Positions 28,880 to 38,161 of a stretch of 64,000 bases of DNA are shown here, in pieces; position 1 is the stretch's first letter, and each line of letters opens with the position of its first letter. This stretch comes from Gemmatimonadota bacterium (GTDB lineage: Bacteria; Gemmatimonadota; Gemmatimonadetes; Palauibacterales; KS3-K002). The notes under the pieces were generated by a model. That model searched no databases. It was not told the origin of the DNA and saw only the letters and a program-made list of their open reading frames with translations. The stretch covers positions 1 through 64,000 of the forward strand of contig JBDHJS010000025.1 of the NCBI GenBank assembly GCA_039586795.1, given 5' to 3'. The translations under genes and the position numbers were made by a program.

Positions 28880-30298
28880 CTATTTAATTTCGCACTCGTC
28901 CGCACCGGGATCTATGGTGACTTGAATCGTGTCGACGGCTATCCTCCCGATGTCATCGGTCACGGTGAAGATCAAAGTCGCTGCGCTCGAGAAGGATCCC
29001 TGGAAGCTTGTGGAACTGCCAGACGCGTCGCCTGACCAGGCATAGTCGTACGGCGTTGTACCACCCGAGCCGGCGCCAAGCCACAGGCACTCCTGATTCC
29101 TTCGGACGGTGGTAGGGCCGGTTATGCTGGAGAACACCGCGCCGGGACAGTTCGCGGCTTGGGAGCTGACAGTGACTCCAATCGAGTCAACAGCCTGCCA
29201 ACTGATGCTATCGGTGACAGTGAATATCAACGTGTCTGAGCTGGACAAGGCACCCAGATAGTCAGCGGAGGCGCCAGAGGCTCCGCCGGACCAAGCATAC
29301 ACGTACGGCGTTGTGCCACCCGAGGTGCTGGTTGACCACGTGCAATACTGGTTTGGCTTCACAGAAGTGGGGCCCGTGTTTATGCTTGTCGTCACGTCGT
29401 TTGGCATGGTCACACTAACGCTATCCGACCGATCACCGAGGCGGGCAGTGTTTTCTATGGCCGATAGCTTTCTATGCTGAACACGGTACCTGAACACTTT
29501 GCCGGCATCCGCTTGCGAACGCGTGTCTGTGTAGGCCGAGTCGTTCACCGGTTCCCAAGCTAGCTCTGCCCAATCTGTGGACGAAGGGCTGACTAGCCTG
29601 CGTTGAATTGACGTTGGCAGACTCTCCTGGTTGGTCCAATCGAGATCTATGTCCTCCCCCGTGCGAACGGCGGTGAAGTTGGTCGGTGCGTCCGCGTCAA
29701 GCTTAGTCCAAAGCCTTAGGTGAAGGTCATAGTTGCTCCCGGGCTTCTCAACTGATGTGTCGGCGCTGACTCCTGGTCTGATTCCGAGGTACACGCACTC
29801 CGCTCCCGTCGGGACCTCGATGTCGCTCTCGGTGAACGAATGTGTCGGACCGCCGTCGTGGCCGTGATATATTGAAGCCAGGCGCTCGACAAAGGTACCT
29901 TCAGTAGCTGGCGAAGTATCGCATTGCTTACCAGTCGCAAAGTAGAACTTGTCTAGGATGTAGTAGTCATTGGTCGGATGGTCATTCTCGTTGAAAGCAA
30001 AATCGATGTCGAAATTGAAAGTGTCCAGCGCGTCGTACTCCCAGCAGATATCAGGAGAGTTATGCGCAATACTATCGCCGTCAAGGTGGCCATTGAACGT
30101 CACTTCCTTAGTTGTACCGCCCACCTCGCAGGAATCCGTCGTATCAGTGCCTGCCAAGCCATCCGCCTGGACCCAAGGAAGGAACTCGTATGGTGAGGTC
30201 GGGCTGTCGGTGCAACCGACGGCCACAATAGCAATGGCGCATGCCATCAACACGAGGCCGGTGATCACCAAAACGAAGGGTCGTTCTTTGCTGCTCAT
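28880..30298 (-). CDS. Putative lipoprotein with an Fn3-like domain and two SGGTTPY-x-YAWS (PKD/SprB-like) repeats
   Basis: Lipobox AVGC|TDSPTSP; APTNFTA...LDWT...FRYRV; two ~80 aa C-terminal repeats. Confidence 0.75.
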   Translation of the reverse strand: MSSKERPFVLVITGLVLMACAIAIVAVGCTDSPTSPYEFLPWVQADGLAGTDTTDSCEVGGTTKEVTFNGHLDGDSIAHNSPDICWEYDALDTFNFDIDFAFNENDHPTNDYYILDKFYFATGKQCDTSPATEGTFVERLASIYHGHDGGPTHSFTESDIEVPTGAECVYLGIRPGVSADTSVEKPGSNYDLHLRLWTKLDADAPTNFTAVRTGEDIDLDWTNQESLPTSIQRRLVSPSSTDWAELAWEPVNDSAYTDTRSQADAGKVFRYRVQHRKLSAIENTARLGDRSDSVSVTMPNDVTTSINTGPTSVKPNQYCTWSTSTSGGTTPYVYAWSGGASGASADYLGALSSSDTLIFTVTDSISWQAVDSIGVTVSSQAANCPGAVFSSITGPTTVRRNQECLWLGAGSGGTTPYDYAWSGDASGSSTSFQGSFSSAATLIFTVTDDIGRIAVDTIQVTIDPGADECEIK

Positions 30299-30450
30299 AG
30301 TTTCACCTACTCCTTCACTATCGGGACACACTAAACCGTCGCCCGGTCCTTATGGATACGGGCCTTGAACAATTGAACTGGCTTTAATGGATTGGGACTG
30401 TGCGAGCGCTCGCCGAACGAGTATTCGAAGAAACGGCAGCTGAATAGGCC

Positions 30451-32220
30451 CTACTGCCGTCGTAGTCTCTGCATACTGCCGCCGTCGGTGGGCCAGCCGG
30501 CCGTTAGCGGTGGCGTCCGCCCCCACACCGCGACCAGGTCGTTTTGATCACTCGCGTAGATTACGCCTTCGGGAGATACCGCTACCGAGCCGTACAAAGC
30601 GCGACCAAGACTGGTGCGCCAAACCAATGACCCGTCGTCGTTGTTGACAACACAGATCTCATTTACACCTGGGTCTGTAGCGCACAGAACAACGAGCCGA
30701 TTGTCTGACAGCAGCGCCGGCGCCGAACTACCCCAACTGCTGGTAACACGAAGCGTATCCGCCTCCCAGCGAAGGTTCCCGTCTCGGTCAAAGCTCCTGA
30801 GCCTTCTCCAGGACTGAACATAGATGTTCCCAGCCGCGTCAACTGCTGGGGAGGAAGGATCTCCGTCAGAGCGGCCTGAAGTCGCCCCATCCACTTGCCA
30901 CTGCAAGACGCCGGTAGTGTCATATACAGCCACAGCGCCACTAAAGAAGGTTAAGACGATCCTATCCTCGAAGAGAGCGGGGTTCGAAAGCTCAAGGCCG
31001 CCATCGGTCTGGATCGTCCAGTCAAGAGTCCCGTCAGACGAAACACGCGAGAGGTACCCATTCCACGCGCTATCCTTCCACCCTATGTAGATCTTGCCGC
31101 TGCTAGCAATTACGGGTGCGGCTCGCCAATCCATAATGCCCGATCCGTCAAGCAGAGTGCGCCATACTTCTGCCCCGCCTCCCGAGATGCGGGTGACTAC
31201 TCGACCCTCATTCTCGTCGGAAGAGGCATCTACACACACCGCCGATCTATCATCATCAACGGCAACACCACTCCACGAGGTACCGCACATTGGGACGCTC
31301 CATTCGAAGGATCCGTCAGGCGCGTTGCGTTGTAGGCAGCGGCCCCGAGTCGTGTAGACCGTACCGTCCGACATCACGCTTCCTGCTAAGTCTGCAAAGC
31401 ATGCGGGAACCGAGTAGGCTACGGTCCCGTCTGGGTTCACCACTGTTAGATTCCCGGGGGCCTGTTCAAACCTGACGGTGTAGATTCGGCCGGCAGCATC
31501 TAAAGAAGGGCCGCTCACTGTTTGGCTACCGGCTCCCTCCACGACCCACCTAAGGTCGCCGACATCTCCTACTCTCACCTCCACGCTGTCTTCGAACTCT
31601 CCATTCATCAGCGCGAGCAAATACGCGGTTCCGCGACCGATCCCCTTCACGGTCGCCTCGCCACGTTGCGTCTGCATCAACTCTAGCACAGCATCGTCCG
31701 AGATCGACCAGTCCACCGTATCCGGCAGTCCGGGCCCCGACCAGTACTCGACCTCAGCCTCGACTGTGGTCTCCTCCGCAAGGAAGATGGACGCCTGCTC
31801 CGGCAGCAGGGTCCCGTCGAGTGCGAGATCGACTCTAACTTCCGTGCTGTCCGTGAAGACCTCGTTCATCAAGGCGATCACGTAGGCTGTTCCCCGCGTG
31901 AGAGCTTTCACGCTGGCCTGACCCGGACCGGTTACCGATAGCTCAAGCCTAGTGCTGTCTGAGAGGGACCAGACAACGCTGTCTGGTGCACGTGAGCCCG
32001 ATGGATACTGAATAGTGGCTTGGATCGGCACTGATTGACCGAGAAGGACCGCAGTGTCGGTCGGAACCAGCCGCCCCGACAGCGCCTCTTCCGGGCTCGT
32101 GGTACTGTCGCACGCTCCGGCGAGAGCGAGAGCAGCAATTGCTATGAGTCCGAGCGTCGCACGGACGTGCCTAATCTCCGGCTTCGTGTCGGGAGTATCT
32201 TCAGGGAGGGAGATGCTCAT
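30451..32220 (-). CDS. Putative lipoprotein with two Ig-like (Big_2-like) repeats and a PQQ/BamB-like beta-propeller
   Basis: Lipobox LAGAC; repeated WS.SD...A.VK...RGTAY..ALMN; repeated DG...W and SSPAVD..GNIY blades. Confidence 0.8.
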   Translation of the reverse strand: MSISLPEDTPDTKPEIRHVRATLGLIAIAALALAGACDSTTSPEEALSGRLVPTDTAVLLGQSVPIQATIQYPSGSRAPDSVVWSLSDSTRLELSVTGPGQASVKALTRGTAYVIALMNEVFTDSTEVRVDLALDGTLLPEQASIFLAEETTVEAEVEYWSGPGLPDTVDWSISDDAVLELMQTQRGEATVKGIGRGTAYLLALMNGEFEDSVEVRVGDVGDLRWVVEGAGSQTVSGPSLDAAGRIYTVRFEQAPGNLTVVNPDGTVAYSVPACFADLAGSVMSDGTVYTTRGRCLQRNAPDGSFEWSVPMCGTSWSGVAVDDDRSAVCVDASSDENEGRVVTRISGGGAEVWRTLLDGSGIMDWRAAPVIASSGKIYIGWKDSAWNGYLSRVSSDGTLDWTIQTDGGLELSNPALFEDRIVLTFFSGAVAVYDTTGVLQWQVDGATSGRSDGDPSSPAVDAAGNIYVQSWRRLRSFDRDGNLRWEADTLRVTSSWGSSAPALLSDNRLVVLCATDPGVNEICVVNNDDGSLVWRTSLGRALYGSVAVSPEGVIYASDQNDLVAVWGRTPPLTAGWPTDGGSMQRLRRQ

Positions 32221-32466
32221 TCCCCTCGGCTCATGCTTGAAGGCGAGGCTAGCCCAGGCTCAGAATGAGATGAACAATGAAACGCACGAGGAACAATTCC
32301 GCTGCGGGACAACACCAGAACAATAGGTAATCTTATCCACATGGTCAAGCCTTCTGAGCAACCGTTGTATGAATTGGCCAACTTCTGAGCCCTGCGGCTC
32401 AAGCCCGCTCCTAGCCTACCAACTCGATCTGTAGCGTGAAGGGAAGCCTGACTCTGCGGTTTCTAA

Positions 32467-32904
32467 CCGTCGATGTCGATCGACGATCTCGCGAAGATCG
32501 ATGTTCGAGTAGGCACGATCGAGCGGGTCGAAGATATCGAACGGTCTGACAAGGCGGTCAAGCTCAGCGTGAACTTCGGCGATCACACCCGCACCATCCT
32601 CGCCGGCGTCAAGCAGGAGCGGGAAGACCTCGCCGAGCTCGAAGGCGCGCAAGCGTTGTTCGTCATCAACCTCGAGCCGCGCAAGATATGGGCGAGCTAT
32701 CGGAGGGAATGCTGTTCGACATCGGGTAACCGGATGGCATCAAGCCCGCGCTCGCCGTGCCGGAACGGAGCGTCCCCAATGGTGCACGGTTGGGGTAGCC
32801 ATTCAGAGGGCCTTCGGCGCATCTTTCTTCATCGTGGACGAACAACCGAAGTCGCTGTCCCCTGAAGACAGGCAGACGCTGCTGCAAGTGGCCCGGCTCG
32901 CCCT
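32467..32904 (+). repeat. Long direct repeat, right copy
   Basis: Diverged copy of 28381-28819. Confidence 0.92.
32473..32798 (+). pseudogene. csaA: Inactivated second copy of the csaA-like gene
   Basis: 5' truncated; 1-bp deletion near 32687 (AAGATATGG vs AAGATGATGG); TAC to TAA at 32727-32729. Confidence 0.9.
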
Positions 32905-33394
32905 CGAGCAACGGCTGGGCGAGGGCAGGGTGCAGGCGTTCGATGCCGACTCGGAGGCGCTCTACGAACAGCGCGCCGTTTTCGTCACGCTGCGCAACCG
33001 CGAGAGCGGAGAACTGAGAGGCTGCAGGGGCGAGATACAAGAGCGCAGTCCCCTCATCGATGCGGTCGCCCGGATCGCCATCGCTTCCGCCACGGATGAC
33101 GCCCGATTCCCGCCTGTCACCTTCGAAGAGCTTCCCGATATTCACATCGAGATCAGCGCCCTGACGCCCATGCGTCACATCGACCCGGAGGATGTCGAGG
33201 TCGGCCGCCACGGGCTGTGGGTCGTGCAGGGCTTCTACTCCGGATTGCTGCTGCCCGGCGTCCCGGTGCGTTTCGAATGGGACCGGGAGCAGTTCCTGAA
33301 CGGAGTTTGTACGAAGGCGGGCCTGCCGGAAGACGCGTGGAAATCACCCGGCGCCGAGCTGTTCGGATTCGAAGCCGAAGTGTGGGAAGAGTAG
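32834..33394 (+). CDS. amrA: AMMECR1-domain protein (AmmeMemoRadiSam system protein A)
   Basis: VFVTL, GELRGCRG, DARFPPV, IEISALTP, GRHGL, GLLLP, KAGLP. Confidence 0.9.
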   Translation: MDEQPKSLSPEDRQTLLQVARLALEQRLGEGRVQAFDADSEALYEQRAVFVTLRNRESGELRGCRGEIQERSPLIDAVARIAIASATDDARFPPVTFEELPDIHIEISALTPMRHIDPEDVEVGRHGLWVVQGFYSGLLLPGVPVRFEWDREQFLNGVCTKAGLPEDAWKSPGAELFGFEAEVWEE

Positions 33395-33398
33395 CGGC

Positions 33399-33998
33399 GT
33401 GGACAGCCCACGTCTGATACTGGCCTCCCGCTCGCCGCGGCGTGCCGAGCTACTCGAGCGACTCGGTCTGGACTTCACGGTCAACGTCCCGGATGTCGAC
33501 GAGTCGCTGGTGCCCGGCGAGAGTCCGGCGGATGCCGCGCACCGCCTCGCACGCCTGAAAGCGGAGTCCGTCCACGGTGATGGCGGTGCGTTGGTCATCG
33601 GCTGTGATACCCTTGTCGTGCACGGAGGCGAGATCCTGGGAAAGCCGGCTGACAGAAATGAAGCGGTAGAAATGGTCTGTCGGTTGAAGGGTGATGAGCA
33701 CATGGTTTACACCGGTGTCGCCATCGCCGCACCCGGTCGAACCGAAAGCGCGGTCGAAACGACCCGCGTCTGGTTTCGGGAGCTCGAAACTATCGAATGC
33801 CGGGAGTACGTGGCTACCCGGGAACCGATGGACAAGGCCGGCGCTTATGGTATACAGGGGTTCGGCGCGGCGATCGTGGAGCGGATTGAGGGTGACTATT
33901 TCAACGTGATGGGTCTACCGATCCAACGGCTTCTGGAGCTCTTTCGGCGATTCGGCTGGCGCTATGCCTTCCGGGCCGAACTCGTGCTGCTCAAGTAG
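33399..33998 (+). CDS. maf: Maf-family nucleoside triphosphate pyrophosphatase
   Basis: LILASRSPRRAELL, GCDTLV, LGKP, DKAGAYGIQG, NVMGLP. Confidence 0.96.
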   Translation: MDSPRLILASRSPRRAELLERLGLDFTVNVPDVDESLVPGESPADAAHRLARLKAESVHGDGGALVIGCDTLVVHGGEILGKPADRNEAVEMVCRLKGDEHMVYTGVAIAAPGRTESAVETTRVWFRELETIECREYVATREPMDKAGAYGIQGFGAAIVERIEGDYFNVMGLPIQRLLELFRRFGWRYAFRAELVLLK

Positions 33999-34105
33999 GT
34001 CTCCAGTCGGCGGCGGGAATCCGGGAGCCCGCTTGCACACTGTGACTTCTCTCATTTTTGAAGATTAACCTGGGTGTTTGGCCCACCTAGAGGAGGAATG
34101 CAGAC

Positions 34106-35383
34106 ATGATGAAGCGCGGAACTGGACTGACGTTGATGGTCGTAGCCGTAGTGGCGTTAGCGATTGGCTACTTGGTCGGGCGCACGGGCGACAATTCTGT
34201 GGGCGCCCAGGAGGTGAGCCCCACGGAGCCGCACGAACGCGACTTCTACGTCCCCAACAGCGAGGCCCTGGCCCGGGACGAGATGCGGGTCATCGCGTGC
34301 GGCACCGGAATGCCCACGACGCGCGCGGCCCAGGCGGCCGCCTGCTTCCTGGTCGAGCTGGGTAACGGCGATAAGTTCTTGTTCGACGTCGGCTCCGGTT
34401 CGGCTGAGCGTATCTCGTCGCTTCAGATTCCTTACGACTATCTCGACAAAGTCTTCATTGGCCACCTCCACGCCGACCACTTTGGGGCGCTCGGGGAACT
34501 GTTCATCGGGGGCGCGCTTATGGGACGCCACGTGCCGCTCCGCATCTGGGGGCCGAATGGCCCGGTGCCGGAGCTCGGCACTGCCTACGCCGTGGACAAG
34601 ATGGTCGAGATGTACACCTGGGATCTCGCGGGCCGCTACGGTATGACGGACACCCGCGGCCTGACGGTTGACGTCACCGAATTCGACTATACGGGTGAGA
34701 ACCACGTGGTCTACCAAGTGAATGGGGTGACGATTCGGGCGTGGCCGGCCATTCATGCCATTGATGGTCCGGTGAGCTACAGCTTGGAGTGGAACGGCCT
34801 CAAGTTTGTGTTCAGCAGTGACACGTATCCCAATCGTTGGTTCAACCAGTATGCCTTGGATGCCGATCTGGCCATTCACGAGTGCTTCGTAGCGGTACCG
34901 GCGATAGTGAATAAGCTCGGTTTCACGCCCGAGGCGGCGCTCATGGTGGGGACGCAAATCCACACCGCCCCCGAGGCGTTCGGCAAGGTGATGAGCACGA
35001 TTCAGCCGCGCATGGCAGTGGCCTATCATTTCTTCAAGGACTTCGACACGACGGGGGATGTGTACGAGCGGATCAAGAAGACATATGACGGCCCCTTGAG
35101 CCTGGCCGAAGACTTCATGGTCTGGAACATCACGAGGGACGAGGTCCGCGTGCGCATGGCCGTCGTCGAGGAACGCACCTGGTCCCCGCCGCTTGCCAGT
35201 CCGGCCATCGCTCCCGATATGGCGGATCGAGCGGCCATGAGCGAGCAGTTGGGTTGGGAGATCGGTTACTCGGACTTCATAGAGAGCGGCATCTTTGACG
35301 TGGATGATGTTCTGCGGCCGATCTACGAGGAAGCGAGCGCCATCGTTGGCCGGGAGTTCCCCTATCCCGAGCGCAACCGGTAG
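34106..35383 (+). CDS. Exported RNase Z-like metallo-beta-lactamase-fold hydrolase (GntH-like)
   Basis: CGTGMP, FDVGSGS, HLHADH, SSDT, HECF, IHTAPEAFG; N-terminal TM/signal. Confidence 0.85.
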   Translation: MMKRGTGLTLMVVAVVALAIGYLVGRTGDNSVGAQEVSPTEPHERDFYVPNSEALARDEMRVIACGTGMPTTRAAQAAACFLVELGNGDKFLFDVGSGSAERISSLQIPYDYLDKVFIGHLHADHFGALGELFIGGALMGRHVPLRIWGPNGPVPELGTAYAVDKMVEMYTWDLAGRYGMTDTRGLTVDVTEFDYTGENHVVYQVNGVTIRAWPAIHAIDGPVSYSLEWNGLKFVFSSDTYPNRWFNQYALDADLAIHECFVAVPAIVNKLGFTPEAALMVGTQIHTAPEAFGKVMSTIQPRMAVAYHFFKDFDTTGDVYERIKKTYDGPLSLAEDFMVWNITRDEVRVRMAVVEERTWSPPLASPAIAPDMADRAAMSEQLGWEIGYSDFIESGIFDVDDVLRPIYEEASAIVGREFPYPERNR

Positions 35384-35444
35384 GACCCGGTCAGACACGA
35401 TCGCTCGGTCTTTCGGCAAATGATCGAGCGACAGCTGCGGTGGG

Positions 35445-36515
35445 CTACTTCGCTTCCAGTTCCGCCAGGTAGGCCCGGCACTCGATCGACTCCAACGTCC
35501 GGGACTCATCTGTTTGAACAACGAAGTCGCCCAACTTGCCGTCGGGGGCTGGCTCGAACGTATCGATGTCCTCCACGGGCCTGAGGACGACGATCATACG
35601 CGAGGTGCCGGGACGGTAATCGTCGAGGTGTTCCGGCGTGCCGGTGCCACGGGCGACGTGGAAACTGCCCACCATGTGCAGCACGAGGGCGTTGGGCTCC
35701 TGCGCCAGGTACTCCGAGATCCAGTACGCCATCGTCGCATCCCACAGCACCTGACTGTGCAGCTGGTTCCCCATGTTGCTGTGCGATCCGACGGGCGCCC
35801 GGGCCTGCACCGCCTCTTCGCCTTCCTCGGGCTCGGGGATCGGCAGGCCGCACTTCGTGCCCTCCTGCTCCATCACCTCGGATATGATGTGGATCCACTG
35901 ATCGCGGTATTCCTTGGAAGGCTGCCCGTAGGGCAGGGGCGCCAGGGTGGCCAGGGCCTCCGGGCTCAGATCGTTCAGCGACTCGCGCCCGTGCAGCGTC
36001 ACCCGGCTCGCGTAGCGCCGGGGTGCGTTCGACGCGATCACGGTCAACCCGTTCTCCTTCGAGAACTCGATAAGCGGCCGGTAGTCGGTCTCGTACCTGG
36101 GCCACGGCCGACTGTCGGCGCGGAACGCCCGCTCGGTGATCAGGCCGGCCAGGTATTCGTCGAGGATCGGTTGGGCATCGCGCTGAAAGAACTCGAGGGA
36201 GAGCGCCAACGGCCGGGGCGCCCCATCGTTCGATCCCGGCGCTCCGTAGGCTTCGTACGCTCGCTGGAGCAACTCGGCCTCTAGCATGTGGCCGGTGGGG
36301 TCGTCGTGGGCCTCGCCGATGAAGACAACCTGGTGTCGCCCCATCTCGGCGACGATATCGTCGATCGAGGCGAGCTCGCCGGCCCCCGTGAACACGCGGT
36401 ATTCGCCCGCCACGTAGGCGGTGTCGGTGGACTGCGGGGCAGCGTCCTGTGCGTGCGCCGGCAGCGCGACCAGCAAAACGAGCGGCAGTGCCGCGAAAAG
36501 CGTCGTTCTGTTCAT
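35445..36515 (-). CDS. ChaN-family (haem-uptake-like) exported protein
   Basis: VVFIGEAHDDP..H, LSLEFF, YRPLIEF, ASNAPR, WDATMA, GSFH. Confidence 0.82.
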   Translation of the reverse strand: MNRTTLFAALPLVLLVALPAHAQDAAPQSTDTAYVAGEYRVFTGAGELASIDDIVAEMGRHQVVFIGEAHDDPTGHMLEAELLQRAYEAYGAPGSNDGAPRPLALSLEFFQRDAQPILDEYLAGLITERAFRADSRPWPRYETDYRPLIEFSKENGLTVIASNAPRRYASRVTLHGRESLNDLSPEALATLAPLPYGQPSKEYRDQWIHIISEVMEQEGTKCGLPIPEPEEGEEAVQARAPVGSHSNMGNQLHSQVLWDATMAYWISEYLAQEPNALVLHMVGSFHVARGTGTPEHLDDYRPGTSRMIVVLRPVEDIDTFEPAPDGKLGDFVVQTDESRTLESIECRAYLAELEAK

Positions 36516-36673
36516 GGAGGGGATGATAATAATGTGATTCGCGCATGGGGAGACTGACGAACAACACTGATAAACACCGGGCTTGCCCGCCTGACCACGT
36601 TCGCTAGCTTGACGCCAATGTTCGCCTGCGCTTTGGCGCGAACTCCCACATTACGACTTCCACACCGACGACC

Positions 36674-37708
36674 GTGGCGATCGAGATTCCCCAGGCGGTC
36701 CGCTGGCACGACGATGCCGTGCGGATCATCGACCAGACGCTGCTCCCCGGCGAGTACCGGGAGATCAATCTGGTCGAGGTCGATGAGACCATCGAGGCGA
36801 TTCAGGCGCTGAGAGTCCGCGGCGCGCCGGCGATCGGTATCACCGCGGCGATGGGACTGGTCGCTTCCCTCAAAGCGCACACTCAGAAATCGCTGGAAGA
36901 GTTTCACGAGCGACTGGCAGCGAACGCGGCGGCGATCCGCGCGGCGCGACCCACGGCGGTGAACCTCGCGTGGGCCATCGACCGGATGATCGCGCTGGCG
37001 GACGAAGTGAATGACGCGACGAACGCGCAGCTCTGGGAGATCCTGCGGGAAGAAGCGGTCGCGATCCTGGAGGAAGACCGGGAGATGTGCCGGCTGATCG
37101 GCGAGCATGGGTTGGAGCTCGTCGGCTCGGGCGCCACGGTGATGACGCACTGTAACGCGGGCGCGCTGGCGACGGGCGGCATGGGCACGGCGCTGGCGCC
37201 GATCTACACGGCGGCCGACCGCGGGATCGCGGTGAAGGTGCTGGCCAACGAAACCCGACCGCTGCTGCAGGGCGCGCGACTCACCGCCTGGGAGCTGAGC
37301 CGGGCGGGTGTCGAGGTGACGTCGCTCACCGACAACATGGCGGCGGCGGCGATGCGGGAGCTGGGCGTCGACCTGGTGATCGTGGGCGCAGATCGCATCG
37401 TGGCGAACGGGGATGTCGCGAACAAGATCGGGACCTACGGGTTGGCGGTGGCGGCGCGTCATCACGGTATCCCGTTCTACGTGGCGGCGCCGTCATCGAC
37501 GTTCGATTTCGAGCTGGCGTCCGGCGACGAAATCCCCATCGAGCAGCGCAGCGCGGACGAGGTGCGCCACGGGTTCGGTCGACAGACGTTGCCGGATGAT
37601 GTCGCGGTCTACAGTCCCGCATTCGATGTGACACCGGCGGAGTTGATCACGGGCGTCATCACCGAGCGGGGGATCTTCCGGCCCGGCGAATTCGAAGCGC
37701 TGCGGTAG
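36674..37708 (+). CDS. mtnA: S-methyl-5-thioribose-1-phosphate isomerase
   Basis: IDQTLLP, VRGAPAIG, RPTAVNL, THCNAGALATGG, ETRPLLQGARLT, NKIGTY. Confidence 0.96.
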   Translation: MAIEIPQAVRWHDDAVRIIDQTLLPGEYREINLVEVDETIEAIQALRVRGAPAIGITAAMGLVASLKAHTQKSLEEFHERLAANAAAIRAARPTAVNLAWAIDRMIALADEVNDATNAQLWEILREEAVAILEEDREMCRLIGEHGLELVGSGATVMTHCNAGALATGGMGTALAPIYTAADRGIAVKVLANETRPLLQGARLTAWELSRAGVEVTSLTDNMAAAAMRELGVDLVIVGADRIVANGDVANKIGTYGLAVAARHHGIPFYVAAPSSTFDFELASGDEIPIEQRSADEVRHGFGRQTLPDDVAVYSPAFDVTPAELITGVITERGIFRPGEFEALR

Positions 37709-37718
37709 ACAGAGGGGT

Positions 37719-38105
37719 ATGAAGATCTATCGGGCGCGGCGAAAGACGGTTCTCTGGACTAACGGCATCCTCGTACTGATCGGGCTGCTGTGTGTCTTCG
37801 GCATCGTCTTCGCGGAGCCAGCGATCCTCTATGCCGTGTTCCTGATGTTCACTCTCTTCCGCTGGTATCAGATTCTGAGGGTCCCCATCGAAGTGACGAT
37901 TCACGATGACGGCGCGTTGGAGTTCCGCGGCGTCATCGGCATGCGCAAGATTCAGCCGAAACAGATCGAACGATTGAAACGGGTGGGGCGCGGCATCTAT
38001 ATCGAACATCCGGAGGGAACGTTCAACCTCTACGGCAACATGGAGGGGATCGAGGAGCTTCTCGCATACATGACGAACGTGAATCCGAATCTGGAGCGCG
38101 TCTGA
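37719..38105 (+). CDS. Hypothetical membrane protein
   Basis: RBS GAGGGG, two TM helices followed by a small soluble domain. Confidence 0.7.
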   Translation: MKIYRARRKTVLWTNGILVLIGLLCVFGIVFAEPAILYAVFLMFTLFRWYQILRVPIEVTIHDDGALEFRGVIGMRKIQPKQIERLKRVGRGIYIEHPEGTFNLYGNMEGIEELLAYMTNVNPNLERV

Positions 38106-38120
38106 TTCTTCAGCCGGACA

Positions 38121-38161
38121 ACATGATCGCCACCTGATAGGTTACATGATAGCTACATGAT
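38121..38161 (+). promoter_or_regulatory. Four phased direct repeats AC(A/C)TGAT overlapping the glpK start
   Basis: Copies at 38121, 38132, 38144, 38155 (spacing 11/12/11); regulatory role is inferred. Confidence 0.5.

Larger units (their letters stand above)
28820..32466. mobile_element. Lower-GC islet bounded by a long direct repeat; no mobility gene
   Basis: Visibly more A/T, genes on the opposite strand to the surrounding operon, flanked by the duplicated segment. Confidence 0.6.

Noticed and set aside
28381..32904. The csaA repeat pair as a DGR TR/VR
   Set aside because: Differences are not confined to adenines and are largely synonymous
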